NCBI GenBank assembly: GCA_041937175.2
Contig: CP166615.1
Span: 1,120,001-1,184,000, forward strand
Source of the DNA: Limnothrix sp. BL-A-16
GTDB taxonomy: Bacteria; Cyanobacteriota; Cyanobacteriia; CACIAM-69d
Reading direction: 5' to 3'
Length of the DNA stretch: 64,000 nucleotides
In this document: in pieces, positions 20,482-29,386 of the stretch
How positions within the stretch are numbered: position 1 is the stretch's first letter
How the letters are laid out: every line of letters starts with the position of its first letter
Notes under the pieces: generated by a model
Told to the model about the DNA's origin: nothing
The model's input: only the letters and a program-made list of their open reading frames with translations
Database searches by the model: none
Translations under genes and position numbers: made by a program

Positions 20482-21288
20482 ATGAGTCATTCAATGACAC
20501 CATTGCCTGTCATGACGACCCCCATTATTCCGGTCATTAGCTTGCCTGCTGGGCCCATTGCCCAGTCCCCAACCACCCCGGCTCCTGCTAATAATTTGTG
20601 GTTCATGAGCAGTGGCGCTTTGGCAGTGTTACTGGTCGCTGGTGGTGTTTATTTCAAGCTAGAAACAGACAAGCTCCAAAAGAGAATTCGTGCAGAAGAA
20701 TTCCGAGTTCGTGAACTCAAAAAACGCCTTGATTTAGCCCTTAAAAGCATTCACAAGATGGAAGCAAACCCCGATCTTGTGAATTCTCGTGAGTTCAACT
20801 TGGATTACTTGCGAATGCGGATGCAGGAGGAGATCTTCCACTTCGCGATCGTGAACCAGATCAAGATGAAGATCAAAACCATGGTGTCCGTGGCCCTGCG
20901 GCCGACCCAACAACAGGCCGGCAATCAAAACAACGCGCAAACCAACCAAGGCCGCCAAGTGGATCAGCTCTTTGATGTGGAGTATGAAACTTGCACCGAT
21001 GGCGTGAAGCGGGTGAAGCGGGTGTTGTTTCGAGTGCAGGTACGCATCACCAAATTGCCCACCCAGCCCACGTCCCGGACGATCGAGGAAATTATCAATT
21101 GCCTGGAGCGCTACCTCAGTTTGGCGGATGACGATGACGATCGGTGGCAACCGACGATCCAGGGCCGCATCGTCACCATCAGTTGGGATCAAAAGGCCAA
21201 ACCCACGCCGTTGCTGGTGTTGGAGCAGTCCGGCGAGGGCATGAATGTCACCCTGAAGACGCGGCGGGCGGCCGGTGCGGCTAAGTAG
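20482..21288 (+). CDS. Conserved cyanobacterial membrane-anchored hypothetical protein
   Basis: TM segment, coiled coil, NPDLVNSREFNLDYLRMRM and WDQKAKPTPLLVLEQ. Start uncertain. Confidence 0.75.
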   Translation: MSHSMTPLPVMTTPIIPVISLPAGPIAQSPTTPAPANNLWFMSSGALAVLLVAGGVYFKLETDKLQKRIRAEEFRVRELKKRLDLALKSIHKMEANPDLVNSREFNLDYLRMRMQEEIFHFAIVNQIKMKIKTMVSVALRPTQQQAGNQNNAQTNQGRQVDQLFDVEYETCTDGVKRVKRVLFRVQVRITKLPTQPTSRTIEEIINCLERYLSLADDDDDRWQPTIQGRIVTISWDQKAKPTPLLVLEQSGEGMNVTLKTRRAAGAAK

Positions 21289-21331
21289 GCCGGTTGCTGT
21301 GTTTTGGCCTTGAGGAGTCTAATTGGAGCCT

Positions 21332-21745
21332 ATGGCGGTTTATTTGGGGTTTGATCCGGGCAGCGCTAAATGTGGATTGGCGGTGCTGCGATCGAGTGGC
21401 GAGATTTTGGCCCATGAGGTGGTGCAATCGGACGGGGCGATCGAGCAATTGCGCCAATGGCAGCAGCAGTACCAAGCAGCGATCATCATTATGGGTGACC
21501 AAACCACGTCCAAGGCCTGGGTCAGCCGTCTGCAACAGGGTTGGCCCGATGCACCCCCGATCCAACAGGTTGATGAACGCTACAGCACGCTGGCCGCGCG
21601 CGATCGCTATTGGGAACTCTATCCGCCTCGGGGTTGGCGTAAGTTGCTGCCTCAGGGGCTGCGCCAGCCGCCCCGCCCGGTGGATGACATTGCGGCGATC
21701 GTACTGGTGGAGCGGTTTTTAGCAACTTTCCCTGCCAAAGGCTAA
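21332..21745 (+). CDS. YqgF/RuvX-like RNase H-fold nuclease
   Basis: YLGFDPGSAKCGLA, VDERYST and VDDIAAIVLVERF. Confidence 0.88.
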   Translation: MAVYLGFDPGSAKCGLAVLRSSGEILAHEVVQSDGAIEQLRQWQQQYQAAIIIMGDQTTSKAWVSRLQQGWPDAPPIQQVDERYSTLAARDRYWELYPPRGWRKLLPQGLRQPPRPVDDIAAIVLVERFLATFPAKG

Positions 21746-22788
21746 ATTCCGCGTGGCAGATGCCGAACGGCGCGTTTGGCGCGATCGGACACGGGCCAGC
21801 GCCACACATCTTCAAAGAGCCAAACCAAATTGTGCTGGGTGGTTTCGCTGAGGGCAATGATCCAGTTGTCTACCGCCGCTTGGGTGCTAGTGGCATCGGG
21901 GCGATCGCGCACGGCGGCCCATAGTCGCTTGGCAAAGGTGGGATCGTTGGGACTGTAGCGATCGCGCACTTCCAGCAACATGGCCGCCCACAATTCCGGC
22001 GCACCAATGCAAATTCCCCGCTCGGAACAGAGGGGGTTTTTGGGAGCTTGACCCGATCGCAAGGTGTTGTGCCAATTCAAGGTGCGATCGGCTTGATAAC
22101 GCCACAGGAGCGATCGCAAATCCTGGCGATAAATTTCAAACGGTGTGCCATACACCGATCCCGGTTCAATTTGCAGCACATCCAGCACTTCTAAACGCAT
22201 GAAAGCCGCAAACCCGGTGCGTACCGTGACACTGGCATCGGCTCCCTGATATTCCAGTTTTTTGGCATAGGATTTCAGCCAAAAATTGCGACCCAATTCA
22301 TAAATGGGCAGGGTCTCAAATTCACCGGTTTTCTGATAGGTCTTGTAAAGATCTTGGAAATAAGGCGCTTTTACCTCAATGCCGGTGCTGGAGATGTAGC
22401 CACAGCCACCACCACAGGTTTTCGGAACAATGGCCACCGTTCCCAATTGATCGCGAACGGTGGGGCCGTAGGGAGTGGGCTTGCCGGCCATGGCTTCGGC
22501 ATAGAAATCGTAGGCGTGATCGACCAGTTCAATTAGGGGTTGCAATCGTTCCGGTTCCCAAGTTCCCTCCGGCAACAGCCACACCAAGTTGCGGCCGCGA
22601 TAGGGATAGAGCTGCAACTCGGTTCGATCGAACGTCACATAGGGAATGGGAACTGGCCGGGTTGGTTGGGATGGCTCGATCGCCCCGGCCACCCCCGCCG
22701 CCAACCACAACAGCCCCGCCCCCAGTCCGCCCAGCCAAACCCGCCGGACTGCTCCCCGCCGAGGACTACGCCCGCCGAATCCAGCCAT
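21742..22788 (-). CDS. Secreted hypothetical protein with a gluzincin-like degenerate motif
   Basis: Arg-rich plus hydrophobic signal region, TCGGGCGY, and IYELGRNFW followed by TGFAAFMR. Start uncertain; overlaps the end of the upstream gene. Confidence 0.65.
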   Translation of the reverse strand: MAGFGGRSPRRGAVRRVWLGGLGAGLLWLAAGVAGAIEPSQPTRPVPIPYVTFDRTELQLYPYRGRNLVWLLPEGTWEPERLQPLIELVDHAYDFYAEAMAGKPTPYGPTVRDQLGTVAIVPKTCGGGCGYISSTGIEVKAPYFQDLYKTYQKTGEFETLPIYELGRNFWLKSYAKKLEYQGADASVTVRTGFAAFMRLEVLDVLQIEPGSVYGTPFEIYRQDLRSLLWRYQADRTLNWHNTLRSGQAPKNPLCSERGICIGAPELWAAMLLEVRDRYSPNDPTFAKRLWAAVRDRPDATSTQAAVDNWIIALSETTQHNLVWLFEDVWRWPVSDRAKRAVRHLPRGI

Positions 22789-23743
22789 TGAGCGTGAACC
22801 GGCCATGGTCAAATTGGCGCGACGGACAAACAACGGGCAGCACTTCATGTTTACAGCGACTATCAAAAAAGACAATCCGATTATTCAGCGGCTCAATGGT
22901 CTCGAAGCGATCGGAAGCGGTCACCATGGGCCCGCTGATATCCGTTTCATACATTCGCAATTCGCCACCCGAAAACCGCTTGGGTTCTTGATAGAAATAG
23001 TAAACATAGGTCAGGACGCGCGTGGCTGTTTCTGGACTGCCTGAATCGTTGTGAATTTTATAAAAACAGCCATCGTTGTGAGCCGTTAGCTGCATCTCCA
23101 CTTGTCCCGGCTCAAAGCCAGGCATTCCCAATTGCTGCATAACCGTCGGCAATAGGCCAATTAACCTTTGGCGCAAGAGTTCGTAGAGATCTGGATAGAG
23201 CGTGGCATACAAAATGCTGGAACGACGATAATCGCTAGCGTTGGTGGTGGTTTTGGAACCAACAAATTGATCGGCCTTATTCAAGGCTGTTCTGAGAGCA
23301 AACTGATGTTCTTCGTGGCTTAGAAAGTTGTCAATTTCTAAAACCGTTGGCTCCAAAATTTGGGTATTGCTAACCGATACAGGAGCCACCGCCACGGGGT
23401 ACGAAAAGGCCTGCTGTTGGGCGGTGGTGCTGCCTGCATGGGGCCGATCGGGGCCGGTGGCGGGCTGGCCGTTGGGGGCGAACCTCAATCTTGCGTCAAG
23501 GTGCGATTCTGGTCGCGGTTTTGGGCGCTGATTGGTTGGGTTTGTCAAGCGTTGGGTCAGTTGCGGCAATTCCCAACCATCGGTGTTTAGACCTTCGATC
23601 GGGTCGATCCCATGGGCCAATTCCAAAACACGCAGGGCCACCAAGGTTCGATCGCGCAATGACAGCTCAGAAGAGTCCAGCGCTTCATTGAGGGTGCTCA
23701 CTGCTCGATCGAGCAGGCCCTCCATTCCATCTGATTGAGTCAC
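22766..23743 (-). CDS. 2OG-Fe(II) oxygenase (prolyl-4-hydroxylase-like) with an N-terminal extension
   Basis: HxD motif YKIHNDSG, GGEL, distal HEV and RFTLNGW. Confidence 0.88.
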   Translation of the reverse strand: MTQSDGMEGLLDRAVSTLNEALDSSELSLRDRTLVALRVLELAHGIDPIEGLNTDGWELPQLTQRLTNPTNQRPKPRPESHLDARLRFAPNGQPATGPDRPHAGSTTAQQQAFSYPVAVAPVSVSNTQILEPTVLEIDNFLSHEEHQFALRTALNKADQFVGSKTTTNASDYRRSSILYATLYPDLYELLRQRLIGLLPTVMQQLGMPGFEPGQVEMQLTAHNDGCFYKIHNDSGSPETATRVLTYVYYFYQEPKRFSGGELRMYETDISGPMVTASDRFETIEPLNNRIVFFDSRCKHEVLPVVCPSRQFDHGRFTLNGWIRRA

Positions 23744-23950
23744 CGTTTATGGGGGAAAGTAAATGGCAAGGGATTCGACCAGGAATCAACGAGAGGCGTT
23801 AATTCCTGCTGATTCCTTCCGTCTTATCAAATCGATCGGGAATCTGAGAACTGATTGCGGCGGTCATCTTGATTCCCTAGAGGAAAAGCCATGGCGATCG
23901 GTCTTGCCCAAATTTCTGACCAGATTTCTGGCCATGCTCCTAAGAAGAGG

Positions 23951-24154
23951 TCTGAGACATCACTTGGGGTACTGGTAAAGCACTAGTAGTCGTGGGGGAC
24001 AAGGGGCTTAAGCCCCTTGTTACGACGATTAGGGTATGGAAGATCAACCGTTTCTGAGACATCACTTGGGGTACTGGTAAAGCACTAGTAGTCGTGGGGG
24101 ACAAGGGGCTTAAGCCCCTTGTTACGACGATTAGGGTATGGAAGATCAACCGTT
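23951..24154. repeat. Perfect 102-bp tandem duplication derived from MITE family 1, each copy carrying the 20-bp palindrome
   Basis: Copies at 23951-24052 and 24053-24154; palindromes at 24000-24019 and 24102-24121. Confidence 0.92.
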
Positions 24155-24170
24155 TCAGCATCACCTTGAA

Positions 24171-24197
24171 AAATGACGACACCCCCTAAGTCCCTTG
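24171..24197 (-). mobile_element. Isolated IS5-like end (AAATGACGACACCCCC) abutting half of the REP-like palindrome
   Basis: Exact reverse complement of the IS end at 30891-30906, followed by TAAGTCCCTTG. Confidence 0.75.
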
Positions 24198-24207
24198 TCT
24201 TAGTTGA

Positions 24208-24852
24208 TTAAGTGGAAGGAAGGGCCCGCAATCGTTCATCCAAATAACTACGATCGGCCACACTGTGGAACAGGGGCCCCCGATCGCTCATTTCCACCAC
24301 ATTCAACCCCGCCACCGGCAACGAGAAGCGATCGCGATAGCGACCCACATCAATGCCCATCAACACACAAAGCAAGATCCGAATCGTCGCCTTATGGGAC
24401 ACCAACAGCACTGAACCCGTGGGGTGACGACGCTCAATTTCGTCCAGAACCAATGAAGCCCGGCGGGCAATGTCCACCCCCCGCTCGCCTCCCGTGGGCG
24501 CATTCCAAGCCGGATCCGTCAGCCACCGCACATAGTCATCGTGATAGATCCGATCGACCTCGCGGGGGTGCAACCCTTCCCATTTCCCGTAGGCAATTTC
24601 CCTTAGCCCATCTCGCAATTGCATATTCAGCCCCGTCATTTCGCACAGCGGCGTTGCCGTTTGGATGGCGCGGCGCAGCGGACTGGTGTAAATGGCTGTC
24701 CACTCAAGGGAGGCATAGGCGATCGCGAACTTCTCAGCCATTTCATGCCCCTCGGGCGTGAGGCCGGGATCATTTTCAGGCGTGCCGCAATAACCACCGG
24801 ATGCACTGTAGGCCGTCTGAGCATGACGCAAAAAGAAGAGCTTAAGAGCCAT
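24208..24852 (-). CDS. Histidine phosphatase (phosphoglycerate mutase) family protein
   Basis: FLRHAQT, SPLRRAIQT, EIAYGKWEG and VSHKAT. Confidence 0.92.
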   Translation of the reverse strand: MALKLFFLRHAQTAYSASGGYCGTPENDPGLTPEGHEMAEKFAIAYASLEWTAIYTSPLRRAIQTATPLCEMTGLNMQLRDGLREIAYGKWEGLHPREVDRIYHDDYVRWLTDPAWNAPTGGERGVDIARRASLVLDEIERRHPTGSVLLVSHKATIRILLCVLMGIDVGRYRDRFSLPVAGLNVVEMSDRGPLFHSVADRSYLDERLRALPST

Positions 24853-25030
24853 GGTGGAGTTCGATCGACATGGAGCTTCAATGGTTCAATCCTAGATTCC
24901 ATCCTAGGACTGAACAGGAGCAGTGGGAAAATTGGCTGGTTGCCATGAAGGCACTTTTCAGACATCTTCTCGGGTTGGTTCAATCCGGAGATAAGCTAAA
25001 TCCGGCAATTTAGGGCCCATCAACAGCGCT

Positions 25031-25402
25031 ATGGCTAACGATCGAATCTTGAAGTCTGGCCCAGGATGGCGACTGGGCTGGCAGCCTTCGTCCGCAAAAT
25101 TTTCGGGATTGGTGGGCAGTGATGATTGGGCCGTGGAGCTGACGGAGCCGGAGTTAACCGACTTTTGCCGACTGCTCGATCGCCTGGTGGATTCAGTACG
25201 GGCGATCGCCGATGAGTTGATGCCCGAGGAAAAAATTGCTTGCGAGGTGGAGAGCGATCGGCTCTGGATGGGGGCCGAGGGCTATACAGATGCCTTTGGG
25301 GTGCGGTTTGTGTTGCTGTCGGGGCGGGGGGCCGAAGGGGGCTGGCCGCCGGAGGCGGTGGATGGTCTGGTGCAGGCGGCCCGCACGATCGGGCTGTTTT
25401 AG
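25031..25402 (+). CDS. DUF1818 family protein
   Basis: GPGWRLGW, LVGSDDWAVELT and GRGAEGGW. Confidence 0.85.
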   Translation: MANDRILKSGPGWRLGWQPSSAKFSGLVGSDDWAVELTEPELTDFCRLLDRLVDSVRAIADELMPEEKIACEVESDRLWMGAEGYTDAFGVRFVLLSGRGAEGGWPPEAVDGLVQAARTIGLF

Positions 25403-25490
25403 GGTCTTCTAATCACACTCTCTCTCAACGCGATCCCTGAGCAAGACTCTCAAGGCCAGGGTCTCTCAAGGCCAGGTGTTGAATGATGGC

Positions 25491-25946
25491 TCAATGTTCA
25501 GAGCCGATCGCGGCCTTGGGTGGCGGGAGTTGGGCTTGAAGGCGCAACAGTTCGATCGGCATTCCATCCGGGTCTGCGATGAATGCCACCTCATAGACCC
25601 GATCGCCGATCATCTGCTGGCAAGGAGCCAACAACAGGGGCAAGGGCTGCGGAGCCAGGCGATCGCCCATCAGGTTCAGCCAATCCATTAGGGTTTCTGG
25701 GCGATCGGGCGATTGGGCCAAATCTAGCGACAAATGGTAGTAGCCCACATAATGCTCGTTGCCGAAGGGATCGGGCGGGGATTGAGGCTCCGGCACTTGC
25801 AGCAGCTCAATCCGTCCCCCCCAACCTTCCATCCAACAGGCCAGGGTCATGCCCGCCGTGAACCGTTCGGCCATCCCAAACCCGATCGCCTCATAAAACG
25901 CGATCGCCCGGTGAATATCCGCCGTTTTTAAGGAAATATGGTGCAT
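25491..25946 (-). CDS. VOC (glyoxalase-like) family protein
   Basis: MHHISLKTADIHRAIAFYE, GYYHLSLD and AFIADPDGMPIE. Confidence 0.88.
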   Translation of the reverse strand: MHHISLKTADIHRAIAFYEAIGFGMAERFTAGMTLACWMEGWGGRIELLQVPEPQSPPDPFGNEHYVGYYHLSLDLAQSPDRPETLMDWLNLMGDRLAPQPLPLLLAPCQQMIGDRVYEVAFIADPDGMPIELLRLQAQLPPPKAAIGSEH

Positions 25947-25971
25947 TGGGCCGCTGCCTACCAACCTTGGG

Positions 25972-26478
25972 CTACTCAAACAGCCGGAAATAGGGATAGC
26001 GCACCGGCACACCGGGTTCCTTGTCCAACACAAAATTAATCACATCCCAACAGGGATCCGCCGCTTCCGTGGCGCTGAATTCCACCGGCAAGCCATAAAG
26101 CCGCGGCCGACCGTCGGAACTGGGATTGCGGGGATTTGCCCGATCGAGATAGGACGCAATGAGGGTTTGGTAACGATGGGCAACCGTCACCTTCGTGGCC
26201 CGAAAACCTTGGGTATAGAGCCGATCGAGCGCTTCATGAATCTCAAAGCGAATCCCGTCAGGGTGCGTATGCTGGCGATACCATTCACCTTCCCACTGCC
26301 GCCAATGGCGACTGGATTGCAAATGCACCAGTTCTTTGGTGTTGGGGTCGGCTTCAAAGGCCCCATGCCGAGGGCAAAGGTACGTGTCCGTAAGGGTCAG
26401 GGCCGGGATCGGCTGCCGACAATGGGGACACAAAATTTCTGGGCCAAAGATGGGATATTGCAACGTCGGATTCAGCAT
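25972..26478 (-). CDS. TIGR02652/DUF2396 family protein
   Basis: YPIFGPEILCPHCRQ...CPRHGAFEADP and C-terminal RYPYFRLFE. Confidence 0.85.
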   Translation of the reverse strand: MLNPTLQYPIFGPEILCPHCRQPIPALTLTDTYLCPRHGAFEADPNTKELVHLQSSRHWRQWEGEWYRQHTHPDGIRFEIHEALDRLYTQGFRATKVTVAHRYQTLIASYLDRANPRNPSSDGRPRLYGLPVEFSATEAADPCWDVINFVLDKEPGVPVRYPYFRLFE

Positions 26479-26625
26479 GGGTTCGATCGAAACCTCGTGC
26501 AGGACGGCGGTGGGAGCGGGGGTTCGATCGCGGGCCGTCGCCTCGCTACCCTATTATAGCGATGGCATTTTGGCGGTCTGGACAAAACAAACGCTTCTTG
26601 AAATATTTAAATATTTGTCACGTTT

Positions 26626-27180
26626 ATGTCACGTCTAGAGGCAACAGGGGCGATCGCCCATCCCATTTTGGGCACACCGGACATCGCGGCCGCGGCCTTT
26701 GTCGCTCCCAACGCCACCATTATCGGCCGGGTCACCCTGGCCACCGGGGCCAACATTTGGTATGGCGCGGTGCTGCGGGGGGATGTGGAGCGAATTGACA
26801 TTGGCGAAAACACCAATGTTCAAGACGGTGCAGTAATCCATGGTGACCCGGGCCAGCCCACGATCCTTGAGGCCGATGTGACCGTGGGCCACCGGGCCAT
26901 CATCCACTCCGCCCACATTGAACGGGGCTGCACGATCGGGATGGGAGCCATCATTCTCAACGGTGTGCGCGTGGGGGCGGGTAGCATCGTGGGAGCTGGG
27001 GCCGTGGTCACCAAAGAGGTGCCACCCCGATCGCTCGTGGTGGGAATTCCGGGCAAGGTCGTGCGATCGCTCAGTGATCAAGAAGTGGCGGAACAAATTG
27101 AACATGCGGCCCGCTACGTGAAGTTGGCCCTGGTGCATGGCGGCCAGGGCACGGATCTGGGTTTTCACGGGGCACAATAG
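26626..27180 (+). CDS. Gamma carbonic anhydrase family (left-handed beta-helix) protein
   Basis: IWYGAVLRGD, NVQDGAVIH, TVGHRAIIH and hexapeptide repeats. Confidence 0.92.
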   Translation: MSRLEATGAIAHPILGTPDIAAAAFVAPNATIIGRVTLATGANIWYGAVLRGDVERIDIGENTNVQDGAVIHGDPGQPTILEADVTVGHRAIIHSAHIERGCTIGMGAIILNGVRVGAGSIVGAGAVVTKEVPPRSLVVGIPGKVVRSLSDQEVAEQIEHAARYVKLALVHGGQGTDLGFHGAQ

Positions 27181-27327
27181 GTAACTTGGCCTACCCCAAT
27201 GCCCGCCCAGGGCCCAGTTCCTCGGATTCCGATCGACTGGTCGCGTTCGGGAGGCCCCAAATGCCCGACAATGGCATTTAATTAAATTGGCTCGCCTGTT
27301 TTTAGAACTGTTACGGGAGATCAAGAT

Positions 27328-27441
27328 ATGGATTGGCGCGTTTTGGTTGTGGTGTCTCCGCTGCTGCTGGCTGCTGGCTGGGCTGTTTTCAACATTGGTA
27401 AGGCAGCTCTCGAACAATTGCGTCGTCAGCTAGACAGCTAG
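27328..27441 (+). CDS. psbY: Photosystem II protein Y
   Basis: Manual translation [37 protein letters not shown] (37 aa), with a GGGAGA RBS upstream. Not in the ORF track. Confidence 0.95.
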   Translation: MDWRVLVVVSPLLLAAGWAVFNIGKAALEQLRRQLDS

Positions 27442-27596
27442 GTTCGTAAACTCTGGCGGTTTTGTCGCGATCGCCCACAATCGATACCCAATCGCAGAAT
27501 GGTAGGGGCGCTTTGATGGCGCTCCTACTTGTTTTTGGGTATTTTTTTGGGCATTTTTTGTCCCTCGCAAGGCGCAATAGGCTAAGGAGCAACACC

Positions 27597-29039
27597 ATGA
27601 CCCCGGCGATCGAGCCATCAAACCCAGGGCCGCTAGATTCAACGAATTTGGTCAGTCCAGCTCATCCGGCAGCCCCGGATCACCAGAGCCACCAGGGCAA
27701 TCAGGCCAATCACGCTTACCAGGCCAATCAGGATCATCAGACCAATCAGGTAGGCCAACTAGACCAGCAATTAGCCAGTTTCCAACCCCTGGGCGTGCAG
27801 TTGGACTTAGAGCGGATGCTAGGGGTGCTGGCGGCTTTGGGGAATCCTCAGCAACAGGTGCCGATCGTCCATGTGGCGGGAACCAATGGCAAAGGCTCCG
27901 TTTGTGCTTACCTATCCAGCATTCTGACGGCGGCGGGCTATCGCACCGGGCGCTACACTTCACCGCACCTGGTGGATTGGACGGAGCGAATCACGGTGAA
28001 TCAAGTCCCGATCGAGCCTCCAGTGTTGGCTGAGTTGCTGCGCGAGGGGGAACAGGCGATCGCCCAAACCGGCATTTCCTTGACCCAATTTGAGCTGGTG
28101 ACCGTGGCCGCTTGGCTATATTTTGCGCGCCAGCGGGTGGATTTGGCGGTGATGGAAGTGGGGCTAGGAGGACGGTTGGATGCGACCAATGTGGTGGATG
28201 AGCCGATCGCCTGTGCCATCACCTCAATCGGGCGGGATCATTGGCAGGTTTTGGGCGACAGTTTGGGACAAATTGCCGGGGAAAAGGCCGGCATCCTGAA
28301 ACCGGGGCGGCCGCTGGTGGTGGCTCCCCTGCCGCCCGAGGCCCGGGCCGTGGTGACCGAGCGTGCGGCCCAACTGGCCTGCCCGATCGATTGGGTGGAG
28401 CCGGCCGAGCCGATCGCCCCGCCGTCTGAATCTTGGCCCCACTTATCTTGGGTGCGATCGGGCGATTTGACCTATCCGTTGCCCCTGGCTGGCCAGATCC
28501 AGCGCACCAATGCGGCCGTGGCGATCGGACTGGTGCAACGGTTGCGATCGGCCGGCTGGGCCATTGCCACCCCCGCCATTCAAACCGGCATGGCCAATGC
28601 CCGCTGGCCGGGCCGGTTGCAGTGGACAACCTATCAAAGCCGATCGCTGCTGGTCGATGGGGCCCACAACGATGACTCAGCCCGCGTGCTGCGGGACTAT
28701 GTGGATCAGCAAAATTTGGGGCCCGTGACCTGGGTGATGGGCATGTTGAGCACCAAGGACGCGGCCGCCGTGTTGCGGATTCTGTTGCGATCGGGCGATC
28801 GGCTCTACACCGTGCCTGTTCCAGATCCCCAGTCGATCAACCCCGAAGCATTGGTGCATCTGGCTCCCGAGGCGATCGCCCTGACGGAAACTCGCCCCTT
28901 CATGGAACTGTCGTCGGCCTTGGAGGTGGCCCTGCGGGGCGATCGGCCCGTGGTGCTCTGTGGCTCCCTGTATCTTTTGGGGCAATTCTTCCGGATCAGC
29001 ACCCCCACCCTTTTCCCAGCCCTATCGGCCAAAAGCTGA
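27597..29039 (+). CDS. folC: Bifunctional folylpolyglutamate synthase/dihydrofolate synthase
   Basis: HVAGTNGKGS, YTSPHL, EVGLGGRLDATN, WPGRL, DGAHN and CGSLYL. Low-complexity N-terminus. Confidence 0.96.
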   Translation: MTPAIEPSNPGPLDSTNLVSPAHPAAPDHQSHQGNQANHAYQANQDHQTNQVGQLDQQLASFQPLGVQLDLERMLGVLAALGNPQQQVPIVHVAGTNGKGSVCAYLSSILTAAGYRTGRYTSPHLVDWTERITVNQVPIEPPVLAELLREGEQAIAQTGISLTQFELVTVAAWLYFARQRVDLAVMEVGLGGRLDATNVVDEPIACAITSIGRDHWQVLGDSLGQIAGEKAGILKPGRPLVVAPLPPEARAVVTERAAQLACPIDWVEPAEPIAPPSESWPHLSWVRSGDLTYPLPLAGQIQRTNAAVAIGLVQRLRSAGWAIATPAIQTGMANARWPGRLQWTTYQSRSLLVDGAHNDDSARVLRDYVDQQNLGPVTWVMGMLSTKDAAAVLRILLRSGDRLYTVPVPDPQSINPEALVHLAPEAIALTETRPFMELSSALEVALRGDRPVVLCGSLYLLGQFFRISTPTLFPALSAKS

Positions 29040-29184
29040 CAAGTCCCTTGGTTTTGGATTAGAAACAAAGGGAGCCTGATCCGCAAAATCACGGAGTTCA
29101 GGGGAACCCTCTTTCCGGTTTCCCAGTTCCCCAGTAGCAGGCAGGTATGGGTGGGTCAGGCTGAATGCAAGGGCTTTCGACCAT

Positions 29185-29367
29185 GGGCCAAACTGTGGAT
29201 TGAAAATCGATCGCGGCTGAAACGGGGCGATTCATCTCGAAACGGCGGCCAGTCCGGTCTTGTCAGCCTGGGTTACGGATGAACCGGACTTCGCCGTGAT
29301 GAAGCAGGAAGCCTCCCGATTGCGGCCTTCGTGAGCGAAGGGTGGCAATTGCTAGTGAAGTAGTGAC
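29185..29367 (+). pseudogene. Decayed IS200/IS605 tnpB 3' end with right-end/reRNA-like hairpins
   Basis: Frame from 29188 reads PNCGLKIDRG*NGAIHLETAASPVLSAW...MKQEA, resembling the TnpB zinc-finger/RuvC-III tail (CG..IDRD.NAA.NL). Hairpins ACGGCG/AGTCCGGT...ACCGGACT/CGCCGT and ATTGC..CCTTCG-CGAAGG..GCAAT. Confidence 0.65.
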
Positions 29368-29386
29368 GGATTTTGGAGGTTTCTCA

